From an uncultured Alphaproteobacteria bacterium (GTDB lineage Bacteria; Pseudomonadota; Alphaproteobacteria; Bin95): DNA of 41,927 nucleotides. A program made the translations under genes and the position numbers. The stretch lies in contig CALKDI010000007.1 of assembly GCA_938084065.1 (NCBI GenBank), positions 1 through 41,927 of the forward strand. Direction: 5' to 3'. Position 1 is the stretch's first letter. Each line of letters starts with the position of its first letter. This document shows positions 34,895 through 41,927 of the stretch, one piece after another. Below the pieces are notes generated by a model. The model had not been told where the DNA came from. It saw only the letters and a program-made list of their open reading frames with translations, and made no database searches.

Positions 34895-35776
34895 TTACCA
34901 TCGCAGGAATGGCATAGCGTACGTAGGGTTGACTTGAAATTTCGAGGATAATTGCGACACGGTTTCTGATGACGGAGGGTTACTTGCAATTTCGTCTACA
35001 TGTATCCCGCCAGACAAGAACATCGACGATATTCCCATAATATTAGCGCCTTTGACATCTGTACGTAGGCCATCACCTATTCCCAGCAATCGCTGACGGT
35101 CCGCAATTCCAGTCAAACGGAAACATTGATGGTAGACCGAGGCAAATGGCTTGCCGTGATAGGCAACCGCTCCCCCCATGGCCTGATACCGCTGGGCGAG
35201 ACTGCCGGCGCAGATAACGAATTGATCGCCGATATGCACCACCAAATCGGGATTCGCACAAACCATCGGCATGTTGCGATCCCGCGCGTCCTGTAGAAGG
35301 CCTTCGTAGTCCTCAACTGTGTCGCTGTTATCGAAAGGGCCAGTACACAGAATAAAATCCGCGTCGGCAACCGTCTCTACTAGAGTGAGACCGTTGTCAG
35401 TGTGGACGCTGGCATCGCGAATCGGCCCCAGCCGGAAGCAACGGGTGCCTAGCGCTGCGTGGAACGGATCATCGCGCTCCGCTAGAGCTTGCCACGCTGC
35501 CTCGCCGGAAGACATGACATAATGGTAGGCGGAGCGCGGCACACCCATTCCATCCAATCGCTCAACCAATACCGAGCCACGCCGCGGGCCATTCGATAGC
35601 AGGCAGACGGTTTTGCTGGCTGCGGCTGCACGTTCCAATGCGTCAACGGCTGCGGGGAATGGCGTGAGGCCGTTGTGCACGCAACCCCACAGATCGACCA
35701 ACAGCCCGTCAAATTGATCGATAACAGCCGACAAGCCGGACACGATTTGTGGAGTAGGAGAATTTGCAGTCGTCAT
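34895..35776 (-). CDS. HAD-superfamily subfamily IIA hydrolase (TIGR01459-like)
   Basis: DLWGCVHNG, LSNGPR, CANPD, GKP, GDGLRTD. Confidence 0.88.
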   Translation of the reverse strand: MTTANSPTPQIVSGLSAVIDQFDGLLVDLWGCVHNGLTPFPAAVDALERAAAASKTVCLLSNGPRRGSVLVERLDGMGVPRSAYHYVMSSGEAAWQALAERDDPFHAALGTRCFRLGPIRDASVHTDNGLTLVETVADADFILCTGPFDNSDTVEDYEGLLQDARDRNMPMVCANPDLVVHIGDQFVICAGSLAQRYQAMGGAVAYHGKPFASVYHQCFRLTGIADRQRLLGIGDGLRTDVKGANIMGISSMFLSGGIHVDEIASNPPSSETVSQLSSKFQVNPTYAMPFLRW

Positions 35777-35823
35777 TCGTCTATCCTAACAGCAATCCGT
35801 ATCGCGTTTCCGAGGCGACACAG

Positions 35824-36888
35824 TCATCGATGATCAGCGGCAACCGCCGCCTGTACCGAGGCAAAGCCTCCCGCAGCCAGCAAATCAGCCAGTTCAGCCT
35901 CCACTCGCGCAATAACCTGCGGGCCTTGATATACCATAGCGGTATACAGCTGTAGCAGAGAAGCACCGGCTCGAATTTTGGCATACGCGGACGCACCGCT
36001 GTCTATCCCACCAGCACCAACAATAAAACCGCCGCCGCTGGCCTGCCAGACCAGCCGGACCAGATCGGTTGAGCGCTCGAACACAGGCGGCCCACTCAAG
36101 CCACCAACCTCGCGCGCGCCTGGACTTTGCAATGTCGCCGGCCGTGCAATCGTTGTGTTGCTGACGATCCAGCCATCGACCGCCCCGGTCTTGGTCAATT
36201 GCTCCACGAGACTAGCGGCGGCGGCATCTGACAGATCCGGCGCCAACTTAACCATCAGGCTGCACCGCGAATTCGCCAGGTCTCGAGCATCACGGGCAGC
36301 CTCGACGATCGCTCTTAGACTTTCTTCCTGCTGCAAATCACGCAGCCCCGCTGTGTTGGGTGACGAGACGTTGACGGTGACAAAATCCGCATTGGCAGCG
36401 AATGCCTGCACACCCGCGGCATAGTCGCCTTGAGGGTCAGTGCTATCCTTGTTGACCCCTAGGTTCACCCCGACAACCCCACCGGCCAGCCGCGAATAGC
36501 GCCGAAACAGCCGCAAACGCTCGGCAACGACGGCATGGCCTTCGCTGTTAAAGCCAAAGCGGTTGATAACCGCCTGGTCCTTGGTCAGGCGAAACAGACG
36601 GGGCTTGGGATTGCCGGGTTGTGGTTTGGGCGTCACCGCACCGATTTCGATGAAGCTGGCCCCCATTCGCAACAATGGCGCTATCGCCTCACCGCCTTTA
36701 TCAAGCCCCGCGGCGACGCCGAGTGGCGAGGTCAGTTCGCGTCCAAACCCCTGTGTTGCGAGGATCCGAGGCGGCGGCGGCAAGGTCGGCGCGAGCCCCA
36801 GCGCCAGGGCCTTAACCGCCAAGCGGTGCGCCGTTTCCGGATCAGCCAGCCGCATGACGCGCATCGCCCAATCGTTGAAATAGCTCAT
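35824..36888 (-). CDS. pyrD: Quinone-dependent dihydroorotate dehydrogenase
   Basis: DPETAH, AAGLDK, GNPKPRLFRL, INRFGFNS, NVSSPNT, KLAPD, GGLSG. Confidence 0.96.
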   Translation of the reverse strand: MSYFNDWAMRVMRLADPETAHRLAVKALALGLAPTLPPPPRILATQGFGRELTSPLGVAAGLDKGGEAIAPLLRMGASFIEIGAVTPKPQPGNPKPRLFRLTKDQAVINRFGFNSEGHAVVAERLRLFRRYSRLAGGVVGVNLGVNKDSTDPQGDYAAGVQAFAANADFVTVNVSSPNTAGLRDLQQEESLRAIVEAARDARDLANSRCSLMVKLAPDLSDAAAASLVEQLTKTGAVDGWIVSNTTIARPATLQSPGAREVGGLSGPPVFERSTDLVRLVWQASGGGFIVGAGGIDSGASAYAKIRAGASLLQLYTAMVYQGPQVIARVEAELADLLAAGGFASVQAAVAADHR

Positions 36889-36931
36889 CAACACCACGCC
36901 AGATTGTCAGTTGGAGAGTGGCTAAGGTTTA

Positions 36932-37381
36932 TCAGCCTCCCTTCATCCCGTCCAAGGTTCGCGGCGCCGCAGCATAAAACACAATCTCACCGATCTGGAC
37001 CAAGGGCTTGGTCCCCCGTGCCCAATCAGGCATATCGCCCATCCGATGGAACGCGGACGCGCCTAGGCTCGGGTCTGGAATGCTGCCAGCCAAAGCCCGG
37101 CGCGCAGTGCGAATCGCCATGGTGTGGCTCGCGCTCCCGACCAGCGGCAGGCGCACTGGGTGGGCGCTATCCGCCAGCACCGCGTCGGCGACGATCTGCA
37201 TGCGGTTGCCCGCTCGGGCAAGAACGCACGCCACGCCTTCCATCGCCCGGACATTGCCATCCAGCACAATGGCATCCAGCAGACTGCCCAAATGCTCTGT
37301 CGGGCTCTGCCGTGCGTGTGCAAGCAAAACCGTTTGGCCATACTGATCTTTGGCCGGCTGCAAGGTTGCTGCCAGGGTCAT
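36932..37381 (-). CDS. Degenerate SleB/Hydrolase_2-like cell wall hydrolase
   Basis: C-terminal DPSLGASAFH....PDWARG..P...IGEIVFY resembles DPTxGATHYH...PxWA...IGxHxFY. N-terminal catalytic EARGE and QFS motifs are not recognisable. Confidence 0.6.
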   Translation of the reverse strand: MTLAATLQPAKDQYGQTVLLAHARQSPTEHLGSLLDAIVLDGNVRAMEGVACVLARAGNRMQIVADAVLADSAHPVRLPLVGSASHTMAIRTARRALAGSIPDPSLGASAFHRMGDMPDWARGTKPLVQIGEIVFYAAAPRTLDGMKGG

Positions 37382-37406
37382 ATCGTAATCCTTCAGTTAG
37401 AGTGGG

Positions 37407-38879
37407 TTAGATAGAAAAGTCCGTGTTGGCTTGAACGACACCGCGACCGCGCCAATCGGCGGTGCGGGGGGCGGGTGGTTGGGTCGATAGGCGAACTGGG
37501 GTGGCTGCGATGGCACCGGCGACAGCATCCAAACCATCGTCACGCTGATTCACGCCCGGTCGCCATTCCCGCATTTCCCGGCGGAATGGCGTCTCCAGCA
37601 CACTGCGGTGAGCGTGCAGCAGCCGCGCGGCCAGCGGCACCTCCAGCGCTTGCAGAATGCGCTGATCTTTGTTCTGCCGCGCGTTCGCACTCTGCACGCT
37701 GATGCCTAGGCGCGCGCGGGCCAGCGCCTGACGCAGCAATCCGGGCAAGAAAGCGCCGATGCCATTGGTCTCAATAGTGATCGACGGCAGGTGTAGATGG
37801 GCCGCCAGGCGCGCCACCTCGTGGCATTGTTGACTGGCGGGGTCGAGGCCTGCCGCCTCATCCACCTGCAGATAGGCGACGCGATGCAGCCAGAGGCCAC
37901 CGTCCGCATCGACAAACACGGCTGCAACCACACTGCTATCGCCGCGTCCGACCCGACCAAACGCCGGGTCCCACCAGGCGCTGACTCCGATCATTTGGGT
38001 CTGACCGATCGATAGAATGTGACGCCCATTGCGTTCGATCAGCTCCAGATCATCGTCATAGTCCTGGATCTGATCGGGATCGAAGCGGGTAGCGCTGGGA
38101 GCCGTCGGATGCAGCAGCATCTGGCTGGCAAAGGCTGAAGGGCCGATACGCGCCCTCATCGTGGCGATAGCATCCGGCGGAAACCGCTCCGGCCAGACGC
38201 TGTCACCCTTCGCGGTTAGGATCGGCAATACACATCGTCGGAAACCATCGAGATACGGGGTCTCCTCTCCCACTTCTGCCCGTGCCTGGCGGGCATAAAT
38301 TGAGTAATAGGTGTGCGGCGTGCCGGCATAGATCTGGATGCCGTCTGGAGACACGATATGCTCAATCTCTGCCAACCGATCCCGCAGCCAGGCGCGACGG
38401 GAGGCGGTGCTGGCAGTGTTGGGCACCTCCACGTCATCACAGATCACGGTGTCGGCGTGCGCACCGGTGATGTTGGCGCCGATACCACGGGCCAACAGGG
38501 ACGGATCGCGCCAGGCTGCCTGCCTGGCGACCGTGAACGCATCGTCCGTCCACATCCCCGCCCCTTTGCCGCGCAAAGCCGCGCAAAGCGGATGCCGCTC
38601 GACCACCTGGCGGGCATAACGGCTGAGCTTGGTCGCCAATGCCTGCTCCGCCGCCAGCACCAGGATGCGATGGTCAGGGTCGCGGTACAGCAACCATGCC
38701 GCCATCAACCCCAGCAGAGTGGATTTCCCGCAATTGCGGAAGGCCAGCAGCAGCAATCGCTGCTCGCCCTCCGATAGCTGGCGCGCGATCCAGCAGACTA
38801 GTCGGCGATGGACCGCTGGCGTGGTCTGGCCCTGCCAGCGTTGCCAGAGCAAAGCGAATTCTGGAAAGGATACGGTCAT
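37407..38879 (-). CDS. terL: Phage terminase large subunit, T7 gp19-like
   Basis: LLLLAFRNCGKS (cf. T7 ILQAFRGIGKS), ITGAHADTVICDDVEVP (cf. LTGSRADIIIADDVEIP), YAGTP, nuclease WDPA..GD.S, IETNG, DDGLDA. Confidence 0.9.
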   Translation of the reverse strand: MTVSFPEFALLWQRWQGQTTPAVHRRLVCWIARQLSEGEQRLLLLAFRNCGKSTLLGLMAAWLLYRDPDHRILVLAAEQALATKLSRYARQVVERHPLCAALRGKGAGMWTDDAFTVARQAAWRDPSLLARGIGANITGAHADTVICDDVEVPNTASTASRRAWLRDRLAEIEHIVSPDGIQIYAGTPHTYYSIYARQARAEVGEETPYLDGFRRCVLPILTAKGDSVWPERFPPDAIATMRARIGPSAFASQMLLHPTAPSATRFDPDQIQDYDDDLELIERNGRHILSIGQTQMIGVSAWWDPAFGRVGRGDSSVVAAVFVDADGGLWLHRVAYLQVDEAAGLDPASQQCHEVARLAAHLHLPSITIETNGIGAFLPGLLRQALARARLGISVQSANARQNKDQRILQALEVPLAARLLHAHRSVLETPFRREMREWRPGVNQRDDGLDAVAGAIAATPVRLSTQPPAPRTADWRGRGVVQANTDFSI

Positions 38880-39223
38880 AGTTCCTCCCCTTCATCCACG
38901 CCCTCGCCGGCAGCCAAATCGCGCCGCACATCCGCCAACAGCAGAGACAGATCAGCCGCCCCCTGCCCCGGCTGTTCCGCCAAATGCGCGTGCACCAGGT
39001 CATGCAGGCGAATGAGCGACTGCAGATGGGCGAGCGAGGCCTTGCGCGCGTTTTCCCAGGCGGTAACCTCTCGCGGGCCATCGTCATCACCAGAATCCGC
39101 CTGCAACAGGCGGCGGTAGGACGCGAACTGCGCTTCCAACAACGCGGGCAATCGTTCGGCCAGAGTTGACCAGGGTAGCGGTGATTGATCCGTTGAGTGG
39201 TTGTCCGAACGATCGTCTGCCAT
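38876..39223 (-). CDS. Hypothetical helical protein, candidate terminase small subunit
   Basis: 115 aa, ATGA overlap with terL start. Call rests on position only. Confidence 0.5.
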   Translation of the reverse strand: MADDRSDNHSTDQSPLPWSTLAERLPALLEAQFASYRRLLQADSGDDDGPREVTAWENARKASLAHLQSLIRLHDLVHAHLAEQPGQGAADLSLLLADVRRDLAAGEGVDEGEEL

Positions 39224-39229
39224 GAGCCC

Positions 39230-39541
39230 CTACACCGGGTCGCTGGGCTGCTCGGACGTTTGTGGCGGCAGCAGTTGCAGCTGCTCACCCGCGGCAACGA
39301 CACAACTGGTGCCGGACGGCAACGACGCCAGCAGCGTCCAACTGCCACCCGGCCCCATCCACAGCTCCATCACCTGCCCAGTGTCGGCAAGGCCAAGAGC
39401 GACCTGGTTCTCGCTATGGCGGGCGCTGAGTTGCTCAACAATGCCAGCTCGCGGCCCACACGGCGTCGGCGCAGACTTAGCTGCGCCGGCCATCGCTATG
39501 CTGCACGCGGCCAGGGCCAAGGTTCGTGTTATTTTGGTCAT
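39230..39541 (-). CDS. Small secreted protein with two conserved-looking Cys
   Basis: GGAAGGAG RBS, signal peptide, CGPR..IVEQL...E...GL...GSWTLL...GTSC pattern. Confidence 0.65.
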   Translation of the reverse strand: MTKITRTLALAACSIAMAGAAKSAPTPCGPRAGIVEQLSARHSENQVALGLADTGQVMELWMGPGGSWTLLASLPSGTSCVVAAGEQLQLLPPQTSEQPSDPV

Positions 39542-39560
39542 GGTCACCGGCTCCTTCCCT

Positions 39561-40175
39561 CTAGGCCGCACGCGCAGCGCAAAACGCGCCCAGTTGTGAG
39601 CGGATCACCAAGAAGTCCTGCGCCATGCCCGACAAAAGGCTCAGCCGTAGCAGCACTGGCTGTCCAGCTGCGATACCAGCCGCGGGGCCAGCAGCATCTG
39701 CCAGAGCGGCCTGATAGGCCAGCGCCGCCGACTCCATCGCCCCACCGGAATTCGCTGCAGCCCGCATTTGGTCCAACGCCTGCTCCAGCGCCGTCGGAGG
39801 GACTGCCGGATAACGGGCCAGCACCCGCGCCGTCAGCAATTCAGCCCGATACACCCGGCTGGCAGGCCCGCAATCGGAGCCCAACAAAGCATCAGCGGCC
39901 TTGTCGCCAAGCGCGGCGCAGGCGCTAACCAAAAGCCCCAACGCCAAAGCTGCCGCCATGGTCCACGCCGGCATGCTCGCCTTGACAGGTGTTTTGGTCA
40001 CGGTCGCACCAGCGGTCGGGGTGTGTTCGATATTTGGCACCAGCCAAACAACTCCGGCGGTCAGAACCACTCCTAACGCCTGCTCGAGATCCGGCTCGAA
40101 CGGCACAAACGCAGCGACGAGCTGAACCAGTGCCTGAGCGACAGCTGCCGCCCAAGCTTTGTTGTTTTTCATCAT
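39561..40175 (-). CDS. Holin-like membrane protein with internal lipobox (possible lysis/spanin fusion)
   Basis: Two N-terminal hydrophobic segments ending GVVWLVPN, a Thr/Pro linker, then a hydrophobic stretch with LVSAC and a helical Ala-rich domain. Confidence 0.5.
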   Translation of the reverse strand: MMKNNKAWAAAVAQALVQLVAAFVPFEPDLEQALGVVLTAGVVWLVPNIEHTPTAGATVTKTPVKASMPAWTMAAALALGLLVSACAALGDKAADALLGSDCGPASRVYRAELLTARVLARYPAVPPTALEQALDQMRAAANSGGAMESAALAYQAALADAAGPAAGIAAGQPVLLRLSLLSGMAQDFLVIRSQLGAFCAARAA

Positions 40176-40191
40176 GACGTTGCCTTTTTGT

Positions 40192-40443
40192 TCATATAAA
40201 CATTGAACGCGTGAGCAAGCTGGTCATCAGGCCCAGCATGCTGACGATCAGCAGCCCCAGGACGCTGACGATCCAGCGCCAGATTGAGGCAAGGCGGGTG
40301 TTAATCCGCTCTGTCTGACGCTCTATCTGGTCCATGAAGGCCCGAAGATTGGCGCTACGCTCCTCGCAGTGCCGCTCATGGGAATCCAGACGAGCGGTGA
40401 TTTCGGCGATGCGCTCCCGCGCGTCGGTATCGATATCTGCCAT
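40192..40443 (-). CDS. Phage-type coiled-coil protein with C-terminal TM (XhlA-like architecture)
   Basis: RLDSHERHCEER coiled coil, then WRWIVSVLGLLIVSMLGLM TM. Immediately after the tail-like gene. Confidence 0.55.
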   Translation of the reverse strand: MADIDTDARERIAEITARLDSHERHCEERSANLRAFMDQIERQTERINTRLASIWRWIVSVLGLLIVSMLGLMTSLLTRSMFI

Positions 40444-40447
40444 GCCG

Positions 40448-41927
40448 CTACGACAATTTCTCAACGGTCAACAAGCGGCCCGGCACCCGGCTTTCCAGGG
40501 TGTGCCCTCCGCCTTCGGCCATCCATTGCAGTCGGAAGGTGTTGCTGCCCGCAGCCAGCGTCACCGGCACCTGCGCCATAGAGATCACCGTCCCGCGCGT
40601 GTCGGTCGGCGGCAAGTATTGCAGCGTCTCTGCAATCGCCGCGCCGTTCAGCGTCACCTGGGCCAGGTTCGCGTTGCTGACCGGCGATTGGTTCCCAACG
40701 TGCAAGGAGAAACTCAACAACGCCTGGTCGCCAGCTTCGCCTTGTACCGCCACCTCCTCCGCCAGGTCGGTAAAGCTGGTCGCGGTCGTCGAAACCGTCC
40801 CCGATCCGTGATCGCTGGCCACTACCCGCGGTTTCGGCAGCGTTCGCAACAGGGTCAGGAATGCGCCAAAGGCTGGCGCATAGATCAGGTAATGACCCAC
40901 CGTGCTCGGATGGTTCAGGCCATTGCCACCAGCGCTATCTGGGTTGCTGCCCCAGTCACCCAACCCCAGTAGATCGTCCTCATGCAGCAGCGGACGGGCA
41001 TAGCGGGCCGGATAACCAACCTTCAGCGTGCAACCTATCTGCGCAGCGCCGACCCCGCCCAGGTAGACCCGATAGGCGCAACCGCCATCGGCCAGGCGCG
41101 AATAGTCGATGGTATCGATCTTCAACGTGCCGTTGATCCAGACCCGATGCCGGGCTCCATCGCAGCGCACCCGCACATAGTTATCTGCTCCAACCGTCGG
41201 CGCGGTATCGACCACGTGCGCCACAGACGTGGCCTTCCAATAGATCCGGACGTTCACGCCAGACCATTGTAACTCGTACCGCTCACTCGGCGTGTCCGCA
41301 TCGACGCGGTAGTTGAACGCCAAAACGTCGCCGCTCTGCGCGGGGCGGAAGGTCAAGTACGCTTGGAAATCGGCAGCATTTAGCTTGCGTCGGGGCCGGG
41401 CGACACCGGTAAACACAAGCCGCCCAGAGGTCAGGTTAACGCCACCTGCACTGCCCTCAATTGTATCCCACCAATTGGTGCCGAAGGCGCGGAACGCATC
41501 CTCGCGGAACCAGCGACGACGGCCTTCATCCACACCATCACGCAGGAAATGGTAGACGCGGTTGGCGTCCAACAGAGGCAGCCGGTTCGCCACCGCGAAG
41601 TCGCGCAACACACGATACCGGCTGTCCAACGCGGTTTGCTGCACCTTAAAAGTTGGATCCAGCCGGGTGGGCAGGAAGGTGGTTGCCAATGCTACCGTCG
41701 GCGGCGCTGCCCAGGTCTTGGTGTAGTCATGGAAGCTCTGAACCGCAGTGGCGTACGCCTGATCCGCCATAGTGAAGTTGTTCATGCCGTGCGCCCAAAC
41801 CACCAGATGCGGCGCGGCATCCTCCACATGCTGCCGCCAGGACACACCCAACTGCGAACCATCAGGCCAAGCAACAGAGGGAAATCCAGTCGGCTGCACC
41901 CGATAAAACCCCAGGTCCCGATCGCCT
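40448..41927 (-). CDS. Tail-spike/fibre-like protein with SGNH hydrolase motifs (5' partial)
   Basis: Frame stays open to the window edge (GDRDLGFYRVQPTGF...). SGNH-like VVWAHGMN and NGLNHPS, beta-rich insert, C-terminal beta sandwich (TSFTDLA...LAAGSNTFRLQW). Confidence 0.6.
   Translation of the reverse strand, partial: GDRDLGFYRVQPTGFPSVAWPDGSQLGVSWRQHVEDAAPHLVVWAHGMNNFTMADQAYATAVQSFHDYTKTWAAPPTVALATTFLPTRLDPTFKVQQTALDSRYRVLRDFAVANRLPLLDANRVYHFLRDGVDEGRRRWFREDAFRAFGTNWWDTIEGSAGGVNLTSGRLVFTGVARPRRKLNAADFQAYLTFRPAQSGDVLAFNYRVDADTPSERYELQWSGVNVRIYWKATSVAHVVDTAPTVGADNYVRVRCDGARHRVWINGTLKIDTIDYSRLADGGCAYRVYLGGVGAAQIGCTLKVGYPARYARPLLHEDDLLGLGDWGSNPDSAGGNGLNHPSTVGHYLIYAPAFGAFLTLLRTLPKPRVVASDHGSGTVSTTATSFTDLAEEVAVQGEAGDQALLSFSLHVGNQSPVSNANLAQVTLNGAAIAETLQYLPPTDTRGTVISMAQVPVTLAAGSNTFRLQWMAEGGGHTLESRVPGRLLTVEKLS

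Larger units (their letters stand above)
36932..41927 (-). mobile_element. Phage-derived (T7/Autographiviridae-like late genes) module; prophage remnant or GTA-like element, extends beyond window
   Basis: Seven tightly packed co-oriented genes including a T7-type TerL, in tail -> lysis -> TerS? -> TerL order. Confidence 0.7.

Noticed and set aside
36890-36935. Prophage att site or tRNA integration target
   Set aside because: No tRNA, integrase or recognisable repeat here. The other end lies outside the window, so att cannot be fully excluded.
36932-41927. Canonical RcGTA cluster
   Set aside because: TerL motifs are T7-type and TerL lies near the distal end after tail/lysis genes, unlike RcGTA where the terminase genes lead the cluster.

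Overview
Alphaproteobacterial chromosome window (Rhodospirillales-like by gene content and order; taxonomy is inferred). Bases 1-36.9 kb are mostly housekeeping genes. The first block is the end of the dcw cluster (ftsA', ftsZ, lpxC, bamD, recN, a cupin, ligA), a Ser/Thr dehydratase, minCDE and serC-serA-(FG-GAP protein)-hisZ. Next come an Irr regulator with a perfect ICE box upstream of a rubrerythrin/Fe-S oxidoreductase/DUF3501 operon, the metK-trmB-rimP-nusA-ylxR-infB-rbfA-truB-rpsO-pnp string, a HAD hydrolase and pyrD. The last ~5 kb (36.9-41.9 kb, minus strand, running off the window) is a phage-derived module in roughly T7 late-gene order. It holds an SGNH/lectin tail-spike-like protein, two membrane/lysis-type genes, a small secreted protein, a candidate small terminase, an intact T7 gp19-type large terminase and a degenerate SleB-type wall hydrolase. 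The module abuts pyrD with no visible integrase, att site or tRNA, so it is a candidate domesticated podophage or new type of gene transfer agent. Other oddities are a BamD with a ~250-aa Trp-repeat C-terminal extension and structured leaders upstream of lpxC and metK. All protein calls come from motif recognition by eye; no database searches were run.
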